This document shows positions 10,801-25,800 of a stretch of 64,000 nt of DNA, piece by piece. Positions within the stretch are counted from its first letter, which is position 1. Each line of letters opens with the position of its first letter. The notes below the pieces were generated by a model. It was not told where the DNA came from and made no database searches. It worked only from the letters and a program-made list of their open reading frames with translations. The translations under genes and the position numbers were made by a program. The stretch comes from Phoronis australis (Eukaryota > Animalia > Phoronida): NCBI GenBank assembly GCA_002633005.1, contig NMRA01000067.1:620010-684009 (forward strand). Direction: 5' to 3'.

Positions 10801-13800
10801 AGCGGCAGGAACTGTACAACTATTTAACAGTGATATAGAGTTGTTTGCTAAGTAACAGAACTGTCAACACTTTTTTAAAATATACGTCCCAATGAACCAG
10901 GTGAACGTATCAGTGACTGAACATAATGACCAGTATTGGTCCAACAAGACTGACCACAACAAACAACCATTACGAGGCGGGTGGGCTGAGAGGATAAAGT
11001 CTCAAGGTAAGCCTCATCATATGACCCAGGGAAACTTAATTCACCATCGTAATTCGTAGCAAAATGTAGGAAGGTTTAAAGCATCACAGATAAATCCTTA
11101 TAGGTGAAATCCTTACACTTTCCGCACTTTCCTTGCGCCATGTGACGGTTGGCTTGGGGTTGCCAGTTACTATACACCTCAATGAGACATTCCTGCCGAC
11201 AGCCACACTCTTATCAACCGGGGTTTCAACAAACTCAGGGATGGCTGAAATAAAATAACAGGAAATGTGCATGAACAGCCCACAGCCATTTTCATTATAT
11301 TTCAAGCAACAATGTTAAGTTATACAATGTTTCAACATTCACCCACTGAATATCTGCGATTGCTGAGCATCAGCAACTGGGTAATACAATAACTGTGATG
11401 CAGAACGCAATATCAAGACACTGACAGTATCATAGCTTTACCAAGCATTAACATACAATATCATAGCAATATCAACAAAAAATAACACTTCACGTAGCCG
11501 AATGCTGTATTCATTACAAGTCAGTCGTTTGCCTCAAATTTGGAATGTAGCTTCTGAATACAGTCACCATAATTTCTAAAATGCAATTTGACATTTCCAT
11601 GTTCATCGCACTGAATGCCAATTTTCCCAGTGTTAACACATCCCCTTACTGATCTCAACCAGAAGCCCATGCCAATACATACAGTGTACAGTAAGCACTG
11701 CCTCAGCCTCAGCAGTGCCCACAGGGTTAGTAGCCAGGCACTTGTAGACACCCTCATCAGACACCTCCGCATCAGTGATCTTCAGACTTCCATCTTGAAT
11801 ACGAGCTCTGAAATCATCCGCAATAAACTACATTAATAAGAACTCGTTGAATTAAATTAAAATACACAAAAGTGATCAAAGTTTCATGGTAATGAGCTTG
11901 ACCAAATTATTAGTATCAAGTTTGAATTAATGAAACAAGAAATCCCGATATCAACATTTCCGTTTTGTACGGTAGTGGGCAATAGCCACTTACTGGGGTC
12001 CTACATACTCAGCACACGCATACTGTCAGCGCTGCCATTGGTCACCTTACCTGGAACTAAGACCACCGTTATCTTTCTCCCATAGTATCTCCACACGGTC
12101 ATCATGACTAGAGTCACCAGTTCCGGCCACCTGACACATGAACACGGCATCCTCACCGACATTGATCACCCTGTCAGTAGGTTTACGAATGATGCGTGGT
12201 TTACCTGGAATATTAAGACTACGTGTGTACATGGCAAGGTTGAATAGAAGAGTCAGAGATGAATGTGTGGAACAAAGTTATTAACAATGAATTATGTGGA
12301 TCAAAGACAGAACTCAAGATGGATTCAAATCACATCGTGTAATACAGTAAAAAGTCCTCAATTTGGTACAACAACAAATGCTAAAACTGGCATTTTTTAG
12401 TATTGAAAGATTATGTTCCAGCAAATGCTCAAAACTGTTCATGTGCAGCGTGTGCAAAGCATGTGAAGAGTAAGATAAATTACTCTCAGTGGTTGTTTTT
12501 GTAGAGAATTTTGAAAAAACGGAATTCCACTTGAGTACCAAATCGAAGATTTTTTGCGGGAAATAAAAAGTCACGTTCATTTAACACACAAATAACTGAA
12601 CTCGCCTCCAAAAGTGCACTGACAACACAACATACTGGCAACATTCATCACTAAAATACATTGACTTCTCACAGTCCACATTTCACTCAGCTATACTCAA
12701 TGGTGTATTGCAAAAGATAGTACGAAAATTTTCCCCTTATTTCGCACAAAAGTAATTTCCAAAATTGACATTTCCATTTTCAATGGCTGATTACTTTACC
12801 ACAAATAAAGGAACCCTTACCAAAATGCATTTTATGGCATCTACACAGTACAAACTATGCTAGTAATAGACTGAATCTTTCTTTGGCCATATTTTTGTAG
12901 AGAAATTTGATAAATTAAAATTTCACTTGTTTGCCATATTATATGCTAAATAAGTGAAGAATTCCCATACATTAAACATATGCTACAACACCAGCAAACC
13001 TGCCAACTTGCACTCACCATAGACCTTCAGCTCACCCGGCCTGCTGAACCTCTCCCCGTCAGCGTTCGTAGCCTTACAGACGTAGGTGCCCATGTCACGC
13101 CGTGTCACCTCCCCTATAACTAGAGAGCCTGTAGTTGCCAGCACCTGTCTCGAGCGTCCCAACTCCACAGGCTCCTTGTTTTTGTACCAGGAGATCTCCG
13201 GTTGTGGGCGACCACGCGGAGGAATGCATGACAACTCTACACGACTACCCAGCTCAGCATTGGTGAGGTCCTCTGGGTTCAGCTGGAAGTCATCACGAAT
13301 AACTGAAACATAACGAGAGAATTATGTCAGCGATGATAGACAGAGTGTTCACCTGGGAAATTATCACGTGTTAAACACTGCATGGAAAGGTGGTCTACTT
13401 CCAAGAGTGAAGAGATGCAAAAGACATGGTTTGTACCACATTGTGCAATAATTCCAATGTCACTAAAAACAGATTACGGTAAAAATTCTCCACTTTGGAA
13501 CAGTAAAAATTCTCCAGGATGCACCAAACATTGTGTTGGCAGCTATTTTCCATGATAACAGCCACGTCTATTTTGCAGACTCCGTCCATAAAAAATACAG
13601 TGTCCAAAATTTGAGAATTATGATGACGTCAAAATCGACCGTGTCCCAATCAAGAAAATTCAATTTCTGTTGGAATTTTTTAGTACAAAATTAAAAGAGT
13701 GTCCAAAATTGGAGAATATTTACAGTAACTGTACTTCTTGCTCACATGAACACCATCTGTTCTCATTCAGTTAATTAACTTGTAATGGAGACTGTATTTA

Positions 13801-16800
13801 ATAACGGGTCACAGTGATAGCCAATATCATAGATGTTCAGCAAATAGACTCCATAATGGTTTAATACACAGTTTAGCTCATAGTCTTAGGGTTAGAACAA
13901 CTTTACAATGAGAGAGAGAGAGAGAGAGAATCAAACTTTATTTTCTAAATCATCTAAAAACATACAGTGTTACTTGACTGGGTGGCCAGCAAAGGCACGG
14001 GCTGCTATTAGCTGACCACCGAGTAACAATAAATTAAACAGATATTAACAATTAAGAAGAACAATATAGATAACAACAAAAAAGTGTACAGTGAAATAAA
14101 ATACAACGCAAGTTTATCTAAAAACGTAAATGAAATGTATTTTACGAAGATTTGTGCTGGAGTGTCGTAGTAATGATGAAGGGTAAGTGTCAATGGTACA
14201 ATAGAAAGTCACGTTGACTAAAACTAGGAATTTCTTCAAAACATTATACCACCATCGGAGGATATGCATCTGTTAAACTTTAATTAACCTGCAGTTAATG
14301 GACGTTTCTGGTTGACACACCACGCGACATGCACACACGATGGCATCGGTGCAAACAAAAGAACATTCCGTCGCTTTAGGACTACATTAATTTACAGTAA
14401 AAGCATTGTTAATTGGATTTCAAAAATGAATGTTGATGACATATCAATTTGACTCCAGGGAGAGATACGAGGCTAGTTGAAATGGCAAATTTTACACGTG
14501 ATAGATTTCATTTCAACCACAATTTACATCACAGAACGCACTACAAGAACACAGCCCATCTGGCACAGTATTTTATGTGAAAACTGAAACAATTATTAAG
14601 AATACCATGGAAAGGAATTTAAGTCAGGTCCTAAAAGTATATACCACAACTGAAATTCAAAAATTGTTAGTTTTAGCAATCAGAGAAATAAAAATTGATC
14701 TATTTTTATTAATAAATCCAGCAAACCCCTACGCTGTTCGTTACAGACCACTTTTAATTCTGGAATCAAAATTTCATTATTCGGTAACTTTAGCACAGCT
14801 GGATTGACAAATTTTAATATAAATAGCATTCGCTATAATTATTTTTCATTGAATATCTGAGTGACACATTGAACCGAGCGAATGAATCACGGGCAGTAGA
14901 TTGGTTGATCAAGAACTGTAGATTGGTAGACAAAGGGGAATCTGATGATATTCCGAAATAATGGTTTGACTAACTGGTAAACAAATACTAATAATAAAAC
15001 CAGTAATATCATTACAATATGACACGACATTAGTCATGACACATATACAATATGATGGTGATAGTTACGTAACAGACATTAGTTCTCATGTACTCTATCT
15101 TATCTCATTAGTGTTCCATTCAACACTATACATACGGATGGAGGCCATCAAAATTTAAAATTGCATTTCACCTGAGTTAAGCTAGCCAAAATTTGAAAAT
15201 CAAATTATACCTTTCACTTTCAGTGTCATAATGTGCCTCACCAGGACAGGATTCTACCTCCGTTACCAGCAAGAATATTGACAACATCAGCCACTCAAGA
15301 AAACGCTTCAGAGTTTATCTGAGTTGGCCAACTTTAAAATTACATTTCGAAAACGACATATGTAAGCATTGCTCGTGGTTTGAGAAGGTAACGGGATTGG
15401 AGTTTATGGAATATTAAGAAACTGGTTTTACGAGAGTAAAAGGCTGGTAATTCGATTCTTGTTTCTTAGTCAGCAAAACAAGACAAAATGCTGCTTCGAT
15501 AGTTCAATAAAAAAACTGGCATGCAAACAACACTAGTATGACATTGTTGAATTTAGACAGTTTTAAATTACCTTTGGCTTTTCAAGTCTTAAAATTTTGC
15601 ATTTTGATATTCAGTGAATACAAATTTGAAAAAAGTAGAAGTAAAAAAACTTGTTTTCTGTTGCAACCAATGAGGCATCCCTGGCACCAATGTGACATTT
15701 GCCTAGACTAACAAGAACCCATCTCTAATTAGCTTAATGATAGGACTCCTATTGAAAATGCATTAATTTCATTGCTTTATGTCAGTTATGTTTTAACAGC
15801 TTTAATTATAATTACGGTTTAATGATTTCCTTACAATGGCTTTAGTAAATATTTTGCTGGATTTTGTATATCTATAATTTATTTTAGCATTTTGGATTTT
15901 ACTTAAACAATATGGTCTTGTAGTGACTCAACTAAATGGTATGTGAATTGAAAAAGTTAATTTTTTTCTGAAAATCTGGTATGAATTCTCACTACGTTAC
16001 CATATCCATTACATTAAGACATATTTTAAAAAATTGGGGTTTGGCACCACTTGTATCAGAAATTTAAAAAAATAATAAAAACTCAATGTTTGAAAGTTCA
16101 GTCAATGGAAGTGCATTTACTTTACGGTAATTCTCTACTTATTTGTACAAAAATAATCAAAATTGTCATTTTCCATTATTGAAATGTTGCTCAGATAATG
16201 GAAATTTTACTTAAAAGTTGTGGCATCTACACCGTATAAACCTAAAAGACAAACATTTTCTTAATCTTTATTTTTGAGAAGATTTCACAAAATGGAATTT
16301 TATTCGTTGGTCATATCATGCGCTATGTGAAGAAGAATTGTCGTACTCAGTCTGCTGGCTACAACAGATAACTGGTATCTGGTCACGAAGCAATAAGTCT
16401 TCTTTCCTTAATAGTTAAGACAAATCCTAAGCAGCTTTCATGACAAATACAGAAGTCAATACTACAACGGAGACAAATAACTATAGGGATTTGTAAAGTC
16501 AGTGCCAGGATTCCTCAGCTGAGCTAATTATTTGGCAAGCTATTAATTTGGAGTTTAGAAAGTCCTGCCTTTACTGAGTCATCCTTTTTGAAACATGAGG
16601 GGATGACAGAGACGAGATTTATGAAGACGAGGGATAAGCTAAAATGAATCTCTTTCAATCTGACAGCCATAGTACAATTTTAAGCGGCTATAAACCCACG
16701 CTTGGTCCAAGAAGTAATTCTTTTATCTAAACAACTTACCACTATCAAATTGGTCTCAATTTGTTCCTTAGTAAGTGATTTTTGTGTTTGCAAAGAACTG

Positions 16801-19800
16801 ACACTGTCATTCCTCAATACCATAGTCAGTGTTATTTGTAGAGTTTGTTATCAAGAAAGTATTTGGATATATTACCAACAGGAATAAGCCGGTATTGAAC
16901 ATCTTGAGGACTACTTAGGTACCCCCTCTACCAACGCTCAGCAGAGTTTCCACGCAACAAGGCTGCCGCCAGTGTCAAGCTGAAAGTACCCTAATGAGAC
17001 AAGAGCCTTTCTGCATGTCAATCAGCTGCAGTAACCTAATGACATCAGAACCAAGATGGTCACTTGCACTCAATTAGGAAAAAATTTCACTGAAAGCTGA
17101 AATTTTAATTTCTCTTTTTATATTATAATCCACAAAATTTGAGGAAACCTCTGGGCGCTCACAACAAGGTAAGGAGGTTTTGAAAACTGATAAAATGGCA
17201 ATTAATTTTGTCCAGTATTGGTTAGATTTTAGCGTACCTTGTTACCATGGCAACTTGTGCTGGACACAACATAAATCCTACTGACCTCCTTATTGCCTAG
17301 AGCCACATACTTATCATCACTTTTTCAACAAATCCTATCAAAATATACGGATCAGAGACTGGTTAATAATTGAGGGGAAGGTGGCATCAAATTACCATCT
17401 TCAGCAAGTTTAAATTGCTTCAATCAGATTGCGGCCTCTTGCTCATGTTTAATTCAATGTCGAGCTTACCCTGAAGAGCGATCAAGAATAGTCGCAAAGG
17501 AATTGTCATCAGACAGAGAGAGAGAGACATCAGTGCAAAACACTTGAACAATTATAGACTTAAGAGAGGCACCAAGCAAGACTACGTGGAAATATTTCGA
17601 CAGGAATTGTGGAAAATACTTTGCTTTTGATACTATACATCATCATAGTTTTTACGAAGTTCTTTTTACAAGCGAAGATTGCTAAAACCATGACTACGGT
17701 GTAGGTAAATACTTTACCCATGATTGGTGAAGCTATTAGACAAAAGACAATTTCACCTTTCTAAAATGTAAATTTGAACTTCTCAATCATCTTCTTTAAC
17801 AATTTTCTACAAAACATGACAGAAGTCACATTTTTTCACAGTTTGCAAACGTTGGGTTTTCCACGAGCTTCCTTTCCAAAGAAACCAATTGTAGATTTGG
17901 GTTAAAATGATTTTAGAAACTACAGCGTGAAAGTCAAAAATTTGCAGGGCAATGCGAAGTATTGTTTGTCAATCATACAAGTACTGCTACACCAACAGAG
18001 GTCAAGCTGTTGAAGATTGCATATACTGAAAACAGACAGTATGAAGTCAGGACACATAAACCATACACATGACCACAAAACATTGTTAGTTCAGGTTGTT
18101 TCAAAAATGGCACATAGGAGTGGTGCAATAGGTGTTTAGCCACTTAACAATTTTACACCCTAAAATTACGGTAAGTGTATAAACAACTGGCCATTTGGTA
18201 GTTGATAGCATATGTATCTGTCCTAGGTGTGAAAACACAAGATAAACCCAGACATTATTTTCAGGCAAGCAAAACTGTTAGCGAAAAGTCAGTGGAACAC
18301 AAAAATGGTGAGCTACTTCTATCAATATGGCCACTTGGTCACGACTATGACTCAGCACCATCAGGGAGAACGTGTCTGGCCCATCAATCAGCGCGCATGA
18401 TTACCAGACAAAAAACAGTCTCATTGGATACGAATACAATTAATTGATGGGACTGATTGTGTTCATTAGAGGAGAAAGGCTTGGTCAAGTTGAAGAGAAA
18501 TAGTCTTTGTAGCAAACATGCTGATAAGAACATTGACAAGTGTATCACAGAACAGGTGGATAATATAATGTGTTGTCTATTAAGTCATCAGGACACTGCA
18601 TTTAAAGCCTCAACTCCCAACCAAAGTTAGACCATTACCAGGTTAGAGCATGACCGAAGATAGAAAAATTGGGAATACCTCTACAATAATCTATGAATTT
18701 CAAATATTTCCGACCAAAATAACTGCCACAAAATGTCCTTTTTTCACTTTTAAGGATTCTAACTTTGTAGTAAAAGCTCACAATTTTTTAAAACTGTCCG
18801 ATGATAGCCATCATACAAAACTAGAACTAGAAAAAGCATTTAAGTTTGTACAGCGTATGTTTCAAGAAAAAAAAAAGTCAGCCATATTGTTGCCAAGGCA
18901 GTCTCCTTTACCATCAGTTAATTACCAGCCATTGCAGGATTATCCCATCATAGTCTACAGGTCTGTGATTCCCATCCAGCCAGTTCATCTGACATCTCTA
19001 TTAACTAAGTTGTAGCTTCCACCAACTGTGCAATACAAGCCCGCATGGCTGACATGAAGGCACCAAACTTCCAGCACATGCCATCAACAGACAGAATGCC
19101 AGGGTTCCCTAATGTCAGGACTGCTAATTCTGTTTTTACAGAATATGACTGCGAATTACTCATCATTGTGACAAAATATCATTTCAAGAATAGCGTTTCC
19201 ACAGAGCTAAATGCAGACACATTCCAAGTCATTCTTGGTTTTGATAGGCACGTACTAGGACAATAAATTCCACTTGCTCTCAGCCAACACAGACTGGGAA
19301 TTATAAGTTGTTTTGTCCCACTAGTCTTCATTGTAAACGGAATGTACCATCAAACATGTAGACAAGAGCTAATTCTTAAAAAACATTTCCAAGTCAAATT
19401 CATACGAAAATTTATAAATTTATATAAGGAACTTGGTAGATATTGAGGATGTGGCCAAAAATCTCACCAGGGGGCAACACAGTGGCCAGACCAATCATAA
19501 AATCAATGTAAGTCACACTATCCTCAATAAGAGCATAGTATATAAAAAGTTTCCTTAGGAGGGAAAAAGGTATTGGATCTGTCCAAAATTATTAAGATGC
19601 CAACAGCATTGATAAGACGTTGTCGACATCTTAACAGAAAGGTATATGTCAAAACTCATAAAATCCATTGAGCAACTTTGTCAATACAGAGACAAATGTG
19701 AAAAACTAAAATTGCCACAAGGGTGCACACCAGTAGTTGGATCAGTCTGAAAGCTGTCTGCTCCTGTTGTCAGCTTCATAGGAACACATTCACCAGGGAA

Positions 19801-22800
19801 GTAACGCACAACAAGACGATAGACACTTGGACAGCAATGACGGCAATGAGCACCCAAATGTGTATGTTTCGGTGCTTCATGGCAAGGATGTCGTTTCATA
19901 ATTTAATCGTTTAATTGTTATTATATTGACTACTATTCCGTAATAATAAAAATAAAAGATTCTTAAAATGAAGGCATAAATAAAATGAGCAGAGATTTCC
20001 ACACAACGCACACACAGCAGTCCACTAGAGGACAGCACTACACTGCAAGCACACCACATATCAATATCAAAAGTGTAGGTCACACTGAGAACACGTTACA
20101 ACTTACAGGCCGTTTCCAGCGTAGCATTACGACTTAGTGCTGTACCGTGCCTATTGGTGGCGTTGCAGTAGAACTTTCCCACGTTGTTATTCCTCACGCT
20201 TAGTATCATTAGTTGTTGACCATCGTTCATTATCGTCACCGGGTTATCTCCGAATGGGGTTACTTTCACTCCATTGCGGTACCACGTTACCGTGGGCTGG
20301 GGGTTACCGTACGCCTTACAGTGGAAGCTGAACGGTCGGCCCTTGGCGGCATAACCATCCCGAGGGTGTTCCATGATCTGTGGAGCACCATCTGGAAAAC
20401 AGGGAACAGAATGGTCAAGTACAGTCAGCATAACGGATAAACAGCAGGAAGAACGACCATGTAAAAAATACGATTTTGAGCTGATGAAAACACTACCAAG
20501 ATTTGACCAGCGAAAAGTTAACTAAATTTTCAAACAGGAATTTGCCAACTTCGAAACGTTAAGATTAATTTCTGGGATTACATCCTATTTTGATTAGCTA
20601 CAACTAGAACAGGTTAATTTCGATACTGGGTTTTAATATTTCTACATCAAAGCAATTTAACATCATTAACTTTGATTAGCTTCAGCCCAGCGTGAGGGAA
20701 CTGTTGTCTTCCTAGTCAAAAACCAGCTGTATGAGACACACCACGGATTAACTGTGCAATCACTGAAAACCATCAGCCACGCTGATCTAATTACTCCGCA
20801 AGCAAATGATAAAACATCCACTAATGAAAATGAATATCAATAATCCAACAAAAGAAATCCACTTATCCCGATGGACGTACGGCTTTGTCTAGACAAAAAT
20901 GAGAGCCGCAAAATACTGCCTTCGGCCAAATCCACACCACCAAGTCATGGGTTTACACTACAAATCCTGTCAAAATTACTATGATTTACTCTGATCCAGC
21001 GTACGATAAAGGAAATCCATGAAATTGATGACACGCTCGTTTTCTGGCAGTGGTCGTGAGTAAGTTGGTTATTAATTCAATTCTTTACAAGGAACACAGC
21101 ACCCTGAACACTTAGAATGCCCTTGCGGCAACAATATGGGATTTCTATCAATTAACTCAATTGTAACTGTTACCAAGAAAACTGTACAGGCAAGCTGTGC
21201 AGAAGCTGCAAATATTGACATTTAATTATCAATAACAAGCATAACATGTTTTCACTGTCATAAGGCATTGTGAAAAGCACAAAGGAACAATGATTTACGT
21301 TGCATAAAAGTGCGTCATTTGATTTTATTTTTATGTAGGGGCCTAGGAAAGCTTGATACATCACCCAGAAAATTCACCTGTCCTGCATGTTTACCAAATC
21401 ACTTGTGAATATTTCTCAGAATTCTTACATCACAAGACAAATAAAACAAAGCTTGATACACCACCCCCCAGACTGAAATTCACATTTTCGCCATGTTAAC
21501 AGGAATTTGTTAATACTACTCAGAATTCTTACATAATAAGACAAACAAAACATCATATTTCATGTTCTTTTTCAAGTCTTGAAAATTAAATAATCAGGTT
21601 ATACGAATCAATTTAAATCTATTTTGCCTCACGAGAACTGCATACATGCACTGGCCAACAACCTAACTGCTATGGGTAAAGAAATAAAAACCTCAAAATT
21701 GAGAGTAAGGACTTAGTCTACAGATTTTGCCAGTTGACAACGTTTCAAGAGTTCGAAGGACATTAAGCAGGTGTTACAGGACACAAGAAACTTGATCAGC
21801 AAAAGACATGGAGATCAAATGGGATATTATTTAGAAACTGGTATCACATCCTGGGCAGTACATTAACAACATGCTAAGTAGGGCTGCCACTTGGTGATCA
21901 ACACAGACCACAAACAGAGCCACAAACAATGGTGACCCAACTTGTTTACATGAACTGTACTTTCATTGTGTACATCTGATAAACACATGACAGACACTGA
22001 CACCATGTGGCAGGTTCCATATCAGCGAGAGAGTGGAGTATGGACACCCTTCAATACAGTTTTAGTTACCCAAAGCACACTATTGGTAATTCTTGAAACG
22101 GATTGTTTCTGCACGGAGTGGGAAAATTCTACAAAAAAGCACGATTCTCTGACAGCTTCGTATCACAGCAATTCAACTGATATGAAACATAATTCCACCA
22201 AATTAAACCCTGCTTGTCGTTTTAATCATGAGATCAAACAGAGAGAGGCTGCATGTAACCTGAACATCTTAATTTACACAAATTTGAGATGAGCAAATAA
22301 ATTGAAAATCTGGGCAAGAATGCAGGACACAGAGCCTGGTGTCAAAGCCATGAAAAGGCAGGACGGTCAAGCACAGGTTGATAACAAGGAGTCCACACAA
22401 TGTTTGCAATGTAAACTACTCACGACCATAGCTAAACATATAAGTTACAGGCAGGTATTGGAGAAAAATGTCAGTTATTAAAAACATACGGGCGGGGGGG
22501 GGGAACTAGGACTTGGTCGTGAACAGGAAAGAAGAGAAACAACAAAACTTATTAGGAGAAGCAAGGAGGAGTTTAAGGTGTTATTTTATGACAGACAATC
22601 ACCTGTGAAAACAAGCAATGAAATGTCACATCAATAGACCGAAATAACGTGCTGAACTGTGGTATTTCCCTGCAACAGATTCCTGTACAAGGCTATGTTA
22701 GTTTTGATGGAAAACACCAAAGAAAATTCAAGAGGAAATTAGCACAGAAGTAATGTCACCTACATGTGCTTGATATTCTAATCCAGGAAGATTTTGATTG

Positions 22801-25800
22801 TGCACTTTGTCATAGTGAACATATAATGCGCAATGAAATGCACCTCAAAGCAGTGGATGTTTTTGAATGGAATTAGTAAATTTGATTTAAAATACTCAAC
22901 AAATCATATGACATTATATGATATTATGGGTCAGTTATTAATGCCAGATTCTTACAGACTTCAGGGGAAATGGCTGGCAGGGTTTGCAAACTCACAAACT
23001 GAGTGTTATGGGATATTACAAAATACGAAATCAATCACGAGGTAATGAGTTAATGAGTGTCTTGTCTGTGTGGAGCCATGTGAATTCTAATGGAGCCTGG
23101 CTAATTCTGTAAAACAAACATTTGTTGGTGACATCCATGCTCAATTGCTAGTGTTCATTCAGACAACAAAATATTCGACAGTGTTTTCAAATGAAACGTT
23201 GAAACTTGATGATTTTTTTAAATTCACATAGAATAGAGTTTATCTCAGACAAATATTTCATCAATTTAGATATCATCAATATATATTTCTAGTTACTAAA
23301 TATTCTCAATCATCACCACGATCACAGATATCAAGGAAGATGAATTTCCGGTGTCGGAAATAAATAACTTTACCAGTAAATTTAAAACCAATCTAGACAA
23401 TAAACATGCCAATTTCTCAACCAATGACAAGACCTCAGGACACTTACCATACAGACATAATTTTGAAATTCAATATAAATTCTCTTAAGTGTTTTGCTCG
23501 ATTAATCAAAACAAAAACATGGTTGTCACCAAATCTATCTGACCAGGCATTTCCTTTGCTGCAGTCCATTGTTTTGCTTAAGACAACTTGAGACTTTTGG
23601 TCAACCTAATATAATATACACTGCAGCCAACAGTTTATACGCATGAATACAATACCTAAGCATTTACTAACAATGACAAAATCACGGCATCACATGACTT
23701 TAGGTGTAATATGCAAATGAAGGTGACATTTGATGCACAACCCTGCCTGGCATTTACCACATTGTGAAAGCAGCTTCTACCAACAAAGAAATTGACCAGT
23801 GAAATGGAGAAGGCTGGTTGTCACAAAAGCCTGAGCCAGCTGATGTTAATTTATGGCAGCCTGACAGGTGATCAGTTATTGCAATTAGTGGGCCTGTTGG
23901 GGACTCATTCCTGAGAGAGTGGCCTGCAAGAGTAGCTGTGCTCACCTAGTAAATTTTACAGGCACTCAAAAATTCAACTCAGACAAGGTATTTGTTACTT
24001 GTTCCTGAGGATTAAAAGTATTTGGAAAATCAGAATGCAGTTCCCAAAAGAGGTCGTTAGATAAAGTTTTGTAAAATAAACAGGACACTCTACTTAGTGG
24101 TTGTGACCATGGTTTATGCAAATATCTAAATTCCATCACAAACTGTGAATTACTAAAGAAAACACAGAGTGTAGTTTTGTATAGTCATGTTTGAGAAGTG
24201 TTCAGAGGGGGAGGGGCATTGATAAGGGAAGCGCTATTTAATGAGAGGGGGAGTGCTGAAGACTGTAGCAAATGGCGTGAGGAGGAAAGCATGGCAACAA
24301 TTTGGAGTTGAGGCTGTTGGACCACTGATGACATTGTGACGGCAGAGTGAGTCAGGGTACAAGAATGAATAATGTTTATATTGGCTGTGCTAATTCACTA
24401 ATTCACTTTACATGTATCACCAGAGCCCATCAATGGCATGTTTGATGGTTTGGTCAGATTGTCTGCAAGGTGGTCTACCAGGCTGGTGACATTAGAAAAA
24501 CACAGAGTACCCACAAGGAGCCATTAATAGATTGAAGTGTGGAGATGACAGTTTGTTGGGACTACCACAGCAGCCATGTTGTTGAGGTGAACCAGGGATA
24601 GGGATGGCCATTGAGAAATGTGTGATGATTGCACAACATTTGTACCCGTCGTTATTGGAAAAAATGCTACACAATTACCCCTAACTTAAACTCTACCAAG
24701 GGTGGCAGTCTGTGGCATTTTTAGTATTAACAAGAGGGCAAAATATCTTGTGACAAAATATCACAGAATCGATAAGAGGTGTTACGGTGGGGACAGTCAC
24801 TGGAACATTGATAGTTGCAAGGAGTCCATAAATGAATGATATCAACAAATCAAACTTAAACTTAAACTTAACAAAAACTTCGAATCATTCTAAAGCCGGT
24901 AAATTCAACAACTTCCCATTGCAGTTTTTGTACTTAAGTATGTAAAATGCACACCACGTGATATCATCCAGATGCATACCCCACTATTTCACTTACAAAT
25001 GCGTTATACAGTTGTGCTGGAGACTGAAATTAACTTATAGACATTATTTGTGTTTTTGGACGCTGACATTTAGGCAAGCTTGTTAATTTACCAAACAGGC
25101 GTGCCAAGAAGCAGCACTATCATTTGCCTGTGACACATTATGTCCAAGTCATGGACTAAAGTCATTGTTGGCTAGTTCATAAACCACTGGCTTGTGATTG
25201 ATGGTGACAGCTGGGGTGATGAAATGGCTATGCTGCACATATAGTCAGACACAGGGGTCTAATGACATGAACAGGGACAGCACAATGGGCAAGTGGGCCG
25301 TGTCTAGGGGAGAGGACATTAGGACTGAGGTGTTATTCAATAGTTGAACAGAGATGGCATGATAGCCTGTAAAACACCTGCTGGTGCTGGTAGAAACAAT
25401 GACTTCATAGCCATGGCTAACCTGGTAACACAAGGCTGGTGGCTGTAGAGATCTTTTTGATGTTAATACAGGTCATCAAACTGGCTGACGGACTGCCATA
25501 TCATGGCTGAGGGTTCAGACCACCTTAACTGGTACAAGACATAACTTACATACTCCATCCTAAACATTCTGAACATCTAAAGGCCTCAACATTAATGAAG
25601 CAGAGAGTGCACCAAATCAGTGCCTCCTAATGCCTTTGGATGTAAAACCCTAAGCTAGTATTCCACCAAGTAAATCAGATCATCCGCTTTGATAGTTAGA
25701 CAACAGATTTATCAAATGAAGATTAAAAGAATTTCAAAAGGACCGCACTGGGCCTATAACTAGTCATTAAAAAGTCACTCCATAAATTCACCATTAAAAC

